Shown here piece after piece: positions 8,884 to 17,361 of a DNA stretch of 32,000 nucleotides (positions within the stretch are counted from its first letter, which is position 1; every line of letters begins with the position of its first letter). Position numbers and translations under genes: made by a program. The stretch spans positions 210,001 to 242,000 of the forward strand of contig OY781871.1 in assembly GCA_963677105.1 (NCBI GenBank), in the 5' to 3' direction. This DNA comes from Candidatus Saccharimonadota bacterium. GTDB lineage: Bacteria; Patescibacteriota; Gracilibacteria; UBA4473. The notes under the pieces were generated by a model. It made no database searches and was not told the DNA's origin. It saw only the letters and a list, made by a program, of their open reading frames with translations.

Positions 8884-9316
8884 TCCTCATGTTCTTCAAT
8901 CGTTAGAACTACAAAACAAGCACTCAGTTCTTTCTTCAGAAAATATTTCACTCCTTTCTCTTGATTGGGGAGAAAAGTTTTGCGGACTTGCTTGGACTCC
9001 TGATGGACAAGTATGTCTTCCTCTTGGAACATTTCCTAGGACACAAATTGTGAACGAGATCACTAAATTTACTCAAGAAAAACGAGCAAAAAAAATTATA
9101 ATAGGACTTCCTATTTCAGGAGATGGTTCTGAAAACCATATCTGCAAATCTATTCGAAAATTCGCCAAAAACAGCGTTTCTCTTCCCATAGAATGGATTA
9201 ACGAACGAGGAAGCAGTCAAGCCACACTTTCTCCAAATAAAGACAGAATCGACGATCTCGCCGCAGTACATATATTGGAACAATATCTTCAAAAACAATC
9301 AATTGATAATAAATAA
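8873..9316 (+). CDS. ruvX: Holliday-junction resolvase-like / pre-16S rRNA nuclease YqgF
   Basis: LLSLDWGEKFCGLAWT, IIIGLPISGDGSEN, DERGSSQ and DDLAAVHILEQYL are present. Confidence 0.85.
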   Translation: MKINPHVLQSLELQNKHSVLSSENISLLSLDWGEKFCGLAWTPDGQVCLPLGTFPRTQIVNEITKFTQEKRAKKIIIGLPISGDGSENHICKSIRKFAKNSVSLPIEWINERGSSQATLSPNKDRIDDLAAVHILEQYLQKQSIDNK

Positions 9317-9395
9317 TTTTTTTATTTTTATGCACTTTCTGATGAAGGAATGTATTCTTTTTTTTATTTTTCAAATTAAGTTACAATAAAGTACG

Positions 9396-9986
9396 ATGAA
9401 TCCCCCATTCACAAAAGCTGAAATTGAAAACTTTGTTGTACAAGCGCAACAAGGAGATGAAGCAGCTTTTGAAAAAATATTTAATTTATATTATGTACCA
9501 ATTTCTCATTACGTAAGACTTCGATCTAATCCCGAAGACACAGAAGACATTATTGGTGATATTTTTCTAAAAATCATTCAACACTTACCAAAATACAAAC
9601 CACAAAAAAAAGTGCTAGAAAGTGGAAACGGAGCATTTGTTGCATGGATTTTTCGTATAGCAAGAAACCAAATCATCGATCATTATCGCCTAACAAAAGA
9701 CACGATTAGTCTCTATGACCCAAAATCTGGAGAACTGCGACTCGACCTTCCTGATCCACGACTCAACCCACAACAATCTGCCGAACAACATGACTCTCAT
9801 CGCGCCATTCACGCTGCGCTGAAAAAACTCCCACACACTCATCGAGAAATATTAGAACTGAAATTTTTACATGACTTTTCTAATACCGAAATAGCAGAAA
9901 TAACTGGGAAAAATGAGGGAACTATTCGTGTCGCACAATTACGAGCCCTTCGAGAAATACGAAAACATTTTCCAAATGAAGAATAA
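9396..9986 (+). CDS. RNA polymerase sigma factor, sigma-70 family (ECF-like)
   Basis: Region 2 (FVAWIFRIARNQIIDHYR) and the region 4 HTH (FSNTEIAEITGKNEGTIRVAQLRALREIR) are both recognisable. Confidence 0.85.
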   Translation: MNPPFTKAEIENFVVQAQQGDEAAFEKIFNLYYVPISHYVRLRSNPEDTEDIIGDIFLKIIQHLPKYKPQKKVLESGNGAFVAWIFRIARNQIIDHYRLTKDTISLYDPKSGELRLDLPDPRLNPQQSAEQHDSHRAIHAALKKLPHTHREILELKFLHDFSNTEIAEITGKNEGTIRVAQLRALREIRKHFPNEE

Positions 9987-10047
9987 ATGTCACAATGAAC
10001 CGATTCTTTCGTTATAAATAATAAAAGACAAATTCGCCTATCACATC

Positions 10048-11208
10048 ATGAAAACATTAAAATCACATCTAAAAGTCTTTCCTTTGTTTCTCATTCTCAT
10101 AACTTTTTATGTAAACAATGAAACTCATGCTGATACATTTTTCTATGATACTCATCGAGTCGATAGATGCGCAAAAATTATAAATTTAGAAGAATTCCCT
10201 GAAATAACACTTATCGGCTTTGTTCAAGGTCCAATGGTAAAACAATACGAATCCTATAAAATAACAAAAGACCTCTGCCTTCACAAGGGATATAAATTTA
10301 ACATACTTGATATATACACAACAAAAAATTCTAAATTCACAGAACTCGACTTAAATGATTTAGAGATAATAACAGAAAAACGAACATCTGGAGGAAGTCA
10401 TCAAACAGACAGTGGCGAATGGGTAAAGAGTACTTATGATTATTTCAGACCAAAAAATTTTCAACTCTTATTTCCTAATTTAGAATCCTATGGAGGATAT
10501 GCAGATGACAGAACTGCTCCACAAACAAAAGAAATTGTTGAATATCAATTAGAAAAAGATTCTAACGAAAATTTATTTCTTTATAAGGCAAAAAAAATAT
10601 TGGAACATGATAGTAAGAAACTCAAAACAGAACACTATTCTATCCCCATTTCAAAAGAAATCATACACTTTCCCGACACACTTTCTAATTCCCTCGAAGG
10701 AACTTCTGCAGCTTATCTAAGATCAAAGAACATAATCGGCGGATTTCCTGATGGCGAATTCAAAGGATCTCGCCCCGTAAATAGAGCAGAGTTGGCAAAA
10801 TTTTTATTACTCGCAAAGGGAATTCAAGTAGATGACCTGAAAAACAACAAACAGTTTTCTGATGTATTAGATGGTGAATGGTATGTAAAATATGTCATGA
10901 AAGCAGCTGAAATGGATATCATCAATGGATATCCAAGTGGGAATTTTAAGCCAGCACAAACAGTAAATACAGCTGAGTTTTTGAAAATGATTGCTCATAC
11001 TTTCGAACTATACACAGGCTCTGATACAGGCTATCGCTATAAAGATGTCCAAAAAGATGATTGGTTTCACAAATATGCACCTATAGCACAGGGATATAAA
11101 TTATTTCCATCTCAAGCTCCTAATTATGAATACCTCAATCCAGAAAAAGAACTAACAAGAAATGAAATTGCCATAGCTTTAACTAAACTCTTAAAATATA
11201 TTAAATGA
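10048..11208 (+). CDS. Secreted protein with C-terminal SLH (S-layer homology) repeats
   Basis: It has a signal peptide. Two to three SLH-like repeats are visible, for example FSDVLDGEWYVKYVMKAAEMDIINGYPSGNFKPAQTVNTAEFLKMI and YKDVQKDDWFHKYAPIAQGYKLF...LTRNEIAIAL. The N-terminal ~200 aa are unrecognised. Confidence 0.75.
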   Translation: MKTLKSHLKVFPLFLILITFYVNNETHADTFFYDTHRVDRCAKIINLEEFPEITLIGFVQGPMVKQYESYKITKDLCLHKGYKFNILDIYTTKNSKFTELDLNDLEIITEKRTSGGSHQTDSGEWVKSTYDYFRPKNFQLLFPNLESYGGYADDRTAPQTKEIVEYQLEKDSNENLFLYKAKKILEHDSKKLKTEHYSIPISKEIIHFPDTLSNSLEGTSAAYLRSKNIIGGFPDGEFKGSRPVNRAELAKFLLLAKGIQVDDLKNNKQFSDVLDGEWYVKYVMKAAEMDIINGYPSGNFKPAQTVNTAEFLKMIAHTFELYTGSDTGYRYKDVQKDDWFHKYAPIAQGYKLFPSQAPNYEYLNPEKELTRNEIAIALTKLLKYIK

Positions 11209-11558
11209 TCTATGAATATAACTTTTTAAAAGCTCTTTTATTCACAATTCCTCTTGAAACAATTGTGTTATTTTTTGTCATAAGAAAAATTTATAAACTT
11301 GATACAACAAAAATCAAAAATAGCTTGCTTCTTTTCTCGGGCTTTTTTTGTTCTTTTGCCACTCTTCCCTATTTATGGTTTATTTTGCCGCTAATAATCA
11401 GGAAGTACATATTTTTAAGTATCATCGGAGAAACGCTTGTAATTTTACTAGAAACGATTATTTATTACTTTGTATTGAAAATTAATATTAAAAGATCAAT
11501 TCTTCTTTCTTTTTTATGCAACCTTTGTTCCTACGGTCTCGGACTTATTTTCTTTTAA
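11205..11558 (+). CDS. Small polytopic membrane protein, unknown function
   Basis: Three to four hydrophobic segments are present. It has an ATGA overlap with the SLH gene stop. Confidence 0.5.
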   Translation: MIYEYNFLKALLFTIPLETIVLFFVIRKIYKLDTTKIKNSLLLFSGFFCSFATLPYLWFILPLIIRKYIFLSIIGETLVILLETIIYYFVLKINIKRSILLSFLCNLCSYGLGLIFF

Positions 11559-11609
11559 AATCTTCTCGCTGAGATTGCGTTATAAACGGAAAATAGTACA
11601 CTGCGCACG

Positions 11610-12668
11610 ATGATTGATAAAGCAAAAAAGATTTTGGTGGATTTTGAAACGATTGAGCAACAACTTGCTGATCCTGAAACTTTTTCTGATCCAGATAAAG
11701 CACGACAACTAGGACAAAAAAGAAAATCCATGGAACCGAAATTCGAGCTAGCAAAAAAATATATTCAATTGCTACAACAATTAGAAGATGCTGAAGAACT
11801 CATGAATGATCCCGAAATGAAGGAGTTTGCCAAAAGTGAGTTTGATTCTGCAAAAAAAGAAATTCCTGAAATAGAAGAAAGCCTAAAAATTGCGCTCATT
11901 CCACGAGACCCGAGTGACGACAGAAACTGTATTGTTGAAATTCGTCCAGGAGCCGGTGGAGATGAATCTGCACTCTTTGCGGAAGAAATGGCTCGCGCAA
12001 TCATGAAGTTTTCAGAATCAATCGATCTCAAAATTGAAATTCTTTCAGAACAAACAAATGAAGGAGGAGGATTAAAAGAAATTATTTTCAAAGCTATTGG
12101 GTTTGGAGCATATAAAAATTTAAAATTTGAAGGTGGCGTACACCGAGTACAACGAATTCCTGTCACTGAATCACAAGGACGTGTTCATACATCAGCAATT
12201 TCTGTTGTGGTAATGCCAGAAGTTGAAGAAACAGAAGTCGAAATAAATCCCGCAGATGTTCGAGTAGACGTATTTCGTTCATCTGGATGCGGAGGACAGT
12301 CTGTAAATACTACCGATTCAGCTGTTCGACTCACACATATTCCAACTGGATTAATTGTAACCTGTCAGGATGAGAAATCTCAGTTAAAAAACAAAAACAA
12401 GGCTTTTGGAGTTTTAAGAGCCCGACTTTATGCTATTGACGCAGAAAAAAAACAAGCAGAACTTGGATCAAAACGATTGGTACAAATGGGATCTGGTGAT
12501 CGAAGCGATAAAATCCGAACATATAATTTTCCTCAAGATCGAGTTACTGATCATCGAATTGGACAAAATTTCTCTAATTTACCAGGAATAATGGATGGAC
12601 ATCTCGGAAAAATTGTAGAAGCACTTCAACTCGAAGAACAAGCCTCATTATTAGAACAGGCAAGCTAA
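11610..12668 (+). CDS. prfA: Peptide chain release factor 1
   Basis: The GGQ motif ([24 protein letters not shown]) is present. The RF1-type tripeptide P-V-T ([14 protein letters not shown]) is present rather than the SPF of RF2. Confidence 0.93.
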   Translation: MIDKAKKILVDFETIEQQLADPETFSDPDKARQLGQKRKSMEPKFELAKKYIQLLQQLEDAEELMNDPEMKEFAKSEFDSAKKEIPEIEESLKIALIPRDPSDDRNCIVEIRPGAGGDESALFAEEMARAIMKFSESIDLKIEILSEQTNEGGGLKEIIFKAIGFGAYKNLKFEGGVHRVQRIPVTESQGRVHTSAISVVVMPEVEETEVEINPADVRVDVFRSSGCGGQSVNTTDSAVRLTHIPTGLIVTCQDEKSQLKNKNKAFGVLRARLYAIDAEKKQAELGSKRLVQMGSGDRSDKIRTYNFPQDRVTDHRIGQNFSNLPGIMDGHLGKIVEALQLEEQASLLEQAS

Positions 12669-13000
12669 GCCGCCTCTAAATCTTCATCAGAATACAGTCC
12701 ATTTGGATATCCTTCTTCCAAAAGAATTTCGTGTAATTTTTTTTTACTTTCTTCAAGCAATTCTTCTTCTTCTGTTAATTCTTCTTTCTGCTCTTCTATT
12801 AATGCTATTTTTTCGTCAATATTTTCTTCTACTTCATTCAAAAGCTCTCCAAGCCGATCCTTCACTTCTTGTTGCGATAACATAACTTCTTCCTCCCATT
12901 CATATACATCTAACATTGTAACTGGCAAAGTCGGATCTCCCTCATACCCTATGGCATTCCAAGCATTACGCTGATTTTGGTCTTTCAAAACCTTGCTCAT
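12665..13000 (-). CDS. Hyper-acidic coiled-coil-like protein, unknown function
   Basis: The 111-aa ORF has 33 Asp/Glu versus 10 Lys/Arg by my count. It is convergent with prfA, and the two stop codons overlap. Confidence 0.5.
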   Translation of the reverse strand: MSKVLKDQNQRNAWNAIGYEGDPTLPVTMLDVYEWEEEVMLSQQEVKDRLGELLNEVEENIDEKIALIEEQKEELTEEEELLEESKKKLHEILLEEGYPNGLYSDEDLEAA

Positions 13001-13177
13001 CTAATGTAGTAATATTTAATTAATATATCACATAATAACACATTACTGAATAAAAGTCTACAGTTTTATATTTTTATTTGACTTTTCTCTTAAAAGGCTC
13101 CACACTGCTTTCGAAGCGTGATGGTCATTTGTTTGACTATCGCGATTTTTTCTGCCACATTTTCACCCTTATAAATC

Positions 13178-14467
13178 ATGCAAAGCAAACTACAAGCCGC
13201 AATTAATCAAATCTGCGCTGAAAAAAATTTAAATCACACAACAGTAATTGAGGCCATAGAAAATGGTGTAGCTCTTGCCTACAAAAAAGATTTTGGGTAT
13301 CCAGAACAAAAAATAAAAGTAGTACTGGGAGATGACATCTCTGATATGAAAATATTTGAAGAACGCGTTGTTGCAAAAAAGGTTGAAGATCATGCAAATG
13401 AAATTGCGCTAAAAGACGCACAACTCATAAATCCTGTGGCAAAAATTGGAGATACTATTTATATACCGCTTACATTGACTGAAAATTTTGGTCGAATTGC
13501 CGCTCAAACAGCAAAACATGTAATGGGACAAAAACTACAAGAAGCAGAACGTTCTATGCTATTTGAAAAATTTAAAGATCGAGAAGGAGATCTTTTAACG
13601 GCTCGAGTGCAAAAAGTTGATCGTGATTCTGTCTTAGTTGAAATCGAAGGAATTACAACATTGCTTTTTAATCGACAACAAATTCAAGGAGAAAAATACT
13701 TTACTGGACAACGTATTAAAGTTTTACTTGAAGCCGTGGAACAAACAAGCAAAGGTCCACAACTTCGAATTACTCGAACGAGTAAAAAATTCATTGATGC
13801 TTTATTTGAAGCAGAAATTCCTGAAATGCGTGAAGGAATTGTATATATTGCCAAAATGGCACGTGAATCGGGAGTTCGTTGTAAATTGGCAGTAGCTTCT
13901 GAAGAACCTGGAGTTGACCCTGTAGGAGCTTTTGTAGGACAACGTGGAAGTCGAATTAACACAGTAATGGAAGAAGTTGGTGATGAACGACTTGATGTCA
14001 TTCAATACTCAGAAGATCCTAAAAAATTACTTCTCGCTGCACTTTCTCCAGCAAAAATTTCAAAAGTTGAATTTTTCAAAGGAACTAAAGGTGAATCTCG
14101 TGTAAAAATATTTGTGCGAGAAGAAGAACGCGCAATCACTATTGGTCGAAAAGGACAGAATGTTCGACTCGCTGGTCAACTGCTTGATATGCAAATTGAC
14201 GTAATTACGTTTGATGGACCAGATGAAGAAGACGAATCAATCGCACCAATTCCTGCGAAAAAACAAGAGAAAAAGGAAGTATCTGAAAAAGTAACAATTA
14301 GTGTTCTTGACGGTGTAGAACCGGAAGTCATTGCAACATTAACAGATCTTGGATTGTCTCAAGTAAAACAATTTGAGGGACTAAAAGCAGAAGAACTTGC
14401 TGAAATTGGAATCACGCTAGAACAAGCAAAATCAGTAATGAAGGCTATTAAAAAATTCCTTGGATAA
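13178..14467 (+). CDS. nusA: Transcription termination/antitermination factor NusA
   Basis: It shows the NusA N-domain, then S1, then KH layout, with GRIAAQTAKHVMGQKLQEAER, VGAFVGQRGSRI and AITIGRKGQNVRLAGQL. Confidence 0.92.
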   Translation: MQSKLQAAINQICAEKNLNHTTVIEAIENGVALAYKKDFGYPEQKIKVVLGDDISDMKIFEERVVAKKVEDHANEIALKDAQLINPVAKIGDTIYIPLTLTENFGRIAAQTAKHVMGQKLQEAERSMLFEKFKDREGDLLTARVQKVDRDSVLVEIEGITTLLFNRQQIQGEKYFTGQRIKVLLEAVEQTSKGPQLRITRTSKKFIDALFEAEIPEMREGIVYIAKMARESGVRCKLAVASEEPGVDPVGAFVGQRGSRINTVMEEVGDERLDVIQYSEDPKKLLLAALSPAKISKVEFFKGTKGESRVKIFVREEERAITIGRKGQNVRLAGQLLDMQIDVITFDGPDEEDESIAPIPAKKQEKKEVSEKVTISVLDGVEPEVIATLTDLGLSQVKQFEGLKAEELAEIGITLEQAKSVMKAIKKFLG

Positions 14468-14491
14468 TTTGTGAAATAATAAAACAAGAAG

Positions 14492-14517
14492 GCGAAGTCA
14501 TATGACTTCGCTTTTTT
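14492..14517. terminator. Bidirectional intrinsic terminator between convergent nusA and the RFK-MTHFS gene
   Basis: A perfect 20-nt palindrome GCGAAGTCATATGACTTCGC (14492-14511) is followed by TTTTTT and preceded by an A-rich tract. Confidence 0.75.
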
Positions 14518-14523
14518 AAAAAC

Positions 14524-15375
14524 TCAAATACCAAGTACTTTCCCTATTCGTTGATCACGAGCCTCACACGGAATCTCTGACAAAACAGCCCATTGTGGCA
14601 ACACACAAACTGTTGGTGCATTTGTTTTTGATAAAAATTCATCATAATATCCACCACCTCTTCCCAATCGTTCACCCGTAATCGCCGCCGCAACCGCTGG
14701 AACAATTATCAAGTCTGGTTCTCCAGCAAGATTTTGTTGAACAGGCTCTAAAATTCCAAATTTTCCAGGAACTAAATCTTCATATAAAGAAATATAAAAC
14801 TTCATATCCCATCCTCTCACAAGCGGAAACGCAAATTGTTTCTCTGGGAACATTGAGCACAATTTTTGCACAAAACTAATTTCTCTCTCATCTGGAGCAA
14901 ATATATAAATTACTTTCGATGCTTGAAACTTCGACAATTCAGCTACTTTTTCTACTGCTAAAGACGATAAATTCTCTCTTTCTTCTTCAGATAATGTGTC
15001 CCATTTCTGACGAATATTTTCACGGATAAAAAACTTTTGAGCCACAATCATATCTGCTTTTATTTGTGTGGCTAATGCAGAAATTGATGAAAATTGCATT
15101 GTTTCACGAACAAACTGAACCGTTTCTATTTCTAAAATTTTATCTAATAATTCTCCCGAAAAATTCAAAATATGAACCTCTAATGTCCATTGTTTATCTG
15201 TTTGACGAACTCCTGCATGTAAAATCCCGTTATATTCTTTTGTATCAAAACGGACACGAACTAACCAAACGCCATCTTTTAGTTTTAGACGTTGTGCAAA
15301 AAACAAATTCGCTGTCGGTACACCCAACGTACGCGCTAATTTTTGTCCCTCGATAACGCGACCACGAAATTTCAT
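14524..15375 (-). CDS. Fusion protein: riboflavin kinase domain + 5-formyltetrahydrofolate cyclo-ligase domain
   Basis: The N-terminal half has LGVPTANL and LEVHILNF...ETVQFVRE, as in the RibF C-terminal kinase domain. The C-terminal half has IIVPAVAA...GERLGRGGGYYDEFL, the MTHFS signature. The start MKF (15375) forms an ATGA overlap with the upstream stop. Confidence 0.8.
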   Translation of the reverse strand: MKFRGRVIEGQKLARTLGVPTANLFFAQRLKLKDGVWLVRVRFDTKEYNGILHAGVRQTDKQWTLEVHILNFSGELLDKILEIETVQFVRETMQFSSISALATQIKADMIVAQKFFIRENIRQKWDTLSEEERENLSSLAVEKVAELSKFQASKVIYIFAPDEREISFVQKLCSMFPEKQFAFPLVRGWDMKFYISLYEDLVPGKFGILEPVQQNLAGEPDLIIVPAVAAAITGERLGRGGGYYDEFLSKTNAPTVCVLPQWAVLSEIPCEARDQRIGKVLGI

Positions 15376-15599
15376 TTTTTTACTTCTATCCACTCACTTT
15401 GGAAAAATATTTCCCCACTCACTGGATCGACAATTGCTGCTGAAAATTTATCGCCCACTCGAATTTCCACTTGCTCTTCTACTGTTAAAGATGAATCCGA
15501 CGGAATTTCTAGTGTAACACCTGGATCAACTGGATGAACCGCTCCACTCGGCACAACTGATGCCAACAAAAATGAAGCCCACTCAAAAAATTTCATCAC
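15372..15599 (-). CDS. Small secreted protein, unknown function
   Basis: The 75-aa ORF has an N-terminal signal-like segment (MMKFFEWASFLLASVVPSGA). It is translationally coupled to the downstream gene. Confidence 0.4.
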   Translation of the reverse strand: MMKFFEWASFLLASVVPSGAVHPVDPGVTLEIPSDSSLTVEEQVEIRVGDKFSAAIVDPVSGEIFFQSEWIEVKK

Positions 15600-15632
15600 T
15601 CAAATTGTGCCACGAGTTCTAATTTTTCTCAA

Positions 15633-15980
15633 TTATTTATTTCTCTTATACCCAACGATCAAATAAAGAATCCCTGGTATAAAAAGGATAAACATATTTA
15701 TCGGAAATTTTGCATCAGCCAGAAGTCCTAAAATGAATCCCAGAATGATTGGCAAGATTATGAGATAGCCTCCTATTTTTTCATATTTCCATCCTGCAAG
15801 AAGTCCTATAAAAGATAATGGGAGAAAGAGAAGCCACACATTTTCAATCCACGAATAGTCCGGATTGACAAAGGGTAATGGATTCCCGTATCCAAAATAA
15901 AAAGGCAAAATGAGCAAGAAAAACACAAGTGAAATAATTCTTGCTGTCCATTTAAACGTAATCAAAGATTTTATATTCAT
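15633..15980 (-). CDS. Small membrane protein (about 4 TM), unknown function
   Basis: The start is taken at MNIKS (15980). The track ORF extends to 16208, but that extension runs through the tRNA-Phe gene and its terminator. Confidence 0.5.
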   Translation of the reverse strand: MNIKSLITFKWTARIISLVFFLLILPFYFGYGNPLPFVNPDYSWIENVWLLFLPLSFIGLLAGWKYEKIGGYLIILPIILGFILGLLADAKFPINMFILFIPGILYLIVGYKRNK

Positions 15981-16143
15981 GATACACGCATAATAATAAA
16001 AATTTTTCAAATGAGATAGTTTTTCTTCATAAAGAAAAAATGGAACAAACAAAAAATCCCGAACAAAATTCCCAAGCAATAAGTGAAAAGGTGTTTTGTG
16101 AGGAAAATGAGGAATAGCGAAGCAGTGAAGTTTTTTGTGTAAC

Positions 16144-16172
16144 AAAAAACGGAACAAGCAAGGCTTATTCCG
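16144..16172 (-). terminator. Intrinsic terminator 3 nt after tRNA-Phe
   Basis: On the minus strand, CGGAATAAGC-CTT-GCTTGTTCCG forms a 10-bp stem with one G.U pair and a 3-nt loop. It is followed by TTTTTT. Confidence 0.7.
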
Positions 16173-16175
16173 ACA

Positions 16176-16250
16176 TGGTGGCGCGAGGTAGAATTGAACT
16201 ACCGACACAGGGATTTTCAGTCCCTTGCTCTACCACTGAGCTACCGCGCC
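16176..16250 (-). tRNA. tRNA-Phe (anticodon GAA), CCA encoded
   Basis: The hand-folded cloverleaf has acceptor GGCGCGG/TCGCGCC, D stem GCTC/GAGC, and anticodon stem AGGGA/TCCCT with loop CTGAAAA. The T stem is GGTAG/CTACC with loop TTCAATT. It ends in a discriminator A plus CCA, for 75 nt in total. Confidence 0.95.
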
Positions 16251-16303
16251 GAAACCGAAAGAGAACAAGCGGAGTGTACAAAATTTATTGTACGGGTCAA
16301 ATT

Positions 16304-16849
16304 TTAGGCAGATAAAATTACGCAATTCGTTGCATCAGAAGGAAGGCTCGCACGAGACACTGAAACTTCAGATTCTGGTAAAATTTTGGCATTAAATAAT
16401 TCTACTATTTTAGGGAATACTGTTGTATCTCCTCCGAAGACAACCATTCGTGGATCCACTTTTTCCAAAAATTCTTTTGCACTTTTCACATCAAATCCTT
16501 CTCGTAATGTAAGAAAGGCAATATCAACATTTTCACCTAATACATCAAAAAATGCTCCATTCGACATTGCCGGCAAATCACCAAAATGAGCCATCACAAC
16601 ATCTTCCATTGTGATTTTAAATACTATATTTTTGTTATTATGAGTATAAAATCCTCGAACAAGCACGTTTGAAATATCATATTCTCCCGGAAGATTTAAT
16701 ACTTTTTTTGTTTCCATATCAAGATCTTCTCCTTTCGAACTCATTACAACATCTACTTTCCCAATCTTTTTATCCACTGGATCAAACGCTACCTTTGCTG
16801 TTTTCCCTTCGATTAAGAAAGAACTGTTACCGAAAAATTGAATTTTCAT
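16304..16849 (-). CDS. MBL-fold (beta-lactamase_B_3-like) protein with apparently degenerate metal-binding motif
   Basis: The N-terminus MKIQFFGNSSFLIEGKTAKVAFDP resembles the UPF0173/MBL N-terminus (GHSCFLIE...IDP). The expected HxHxDH region reads VVMSSKGEDLD. The start at 16849 avoids an overlap with tsaE. Confidence 0.4.
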   Translation of the reverse strand: MKIQFFGNSSFLIEGKTAKVAFDPVDKKIGKVDVVMSSKGEDLDMETKKVLNLPGEYDISNVLVRGFYTHNNKNIVFKITMEDVVMAHFGDLPAMSNGAFFDVLGENVDIAFLTLREGFDVKSAKEFLEKVDPRMVVFGGDTTVFPKIVELFNAKILPESEVSVSRASLPSDATNCVILSA

Positions 16850-16896
16850 AAAAACCGTGTAAATTTCTGATGATAGTGTACTGAAATACCAAAAAA

Positions 16897-17361
16897 ATGA
16901 AACTGATTTTGAAAGAAAAAGTTGCAACGCAAGACATGAGCAAGAAATTTGCACAAAAAATATGGAATGAGCTTCTATCAAAGGAACAATCATTCTCTGT
17001 TTTTCTAGAAGGAGGGCTCGGCTCTGGAAAAACTTTTCTTGTACGAGAGATTCTTACAAAAGCAGGAATAAATGAAAATATCCCGAGTCCGACATATACA
17101 CTCGTAAATGAATTCGAAACACAGACACACGCATTTGCTCATTTTGATTTTTATAGATTGAATAATCCAAATGATTTTTTTGAACGCGGACTCAGTGAAA
17201 TCGCCGAAAATCAGAAAATCTCAACTTTTATTGAATGGGCAGATAAAATTTCAGAAACTGCACAACAAGGATTTTCTGGAAGAAAATTTGTTATTCGAAT
17301 TAAACACGGTGTCAGTTCTGGTCAAAGAATAATTAGCGTATATGATCCTCTTGAAAAATGA
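16897..17361 (+). CDS. tsaE: tRNA t6A37 biosynthesis ATPase TsaE (YjeE)
   Basis: A Walker A motif (GGLGSGKTFLVREIL), PSPTYTLVNEF and HFDFYRL are present. Confidence 0.9.
   Translation: MKLILKEKVATQDMSKKFAQKIWNELLSKEQSFSVFLEGGLGSGKTFLVREILTKAGINENIPSPTYTLVNEFETQTHAFAHFDFYRLNNPNDFFERGLSEIAENQKISTFIEWADKISETAQQGFSGRKFVIRIKHGVSSGQRIISVYDPLEK

Noticed and set aside
11765-12166. Antisense ORFs inside prfA. The same applies to 13684..14001 in nusA, 21939..22352 in infB, and 25662..25968 and 26394..26816 in obg.
   Set aside because: They lie opposite strongly conserved genes and show no motifs, which is typical of shadow frames.
13100-13125. Possible sixth, degenerate copy of the repeat head (reverse complement ACGCTTCGAAAGC) upstream of nusA
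   Set aside because: Only the short CGCTTC core matches and no heptad array follows, so the similarity is too weak to call.
15981-16208. N-terminal extension of track ORF 15633..16208 (-)
   Set aside because: The extension runs through the tRNA-Phe gene (16176-16250) and its terminator. The hydrophobic protein begins convincingly at MNIKS (15980).
16176-16250. tRNA-Phe as an integration hotspot
   Set aside because: There is no integrase or recombinase ORF on either side. I noticed no duplicated tRNA 3' segment nearby.
16850-16993. N-terminal extension of track ORF 16304..16993 (-)
   Set aside because: It would overlap the divergent tsaE start by about 100 nt. The family-like N-terminus starts at MKIQFFG (16849).
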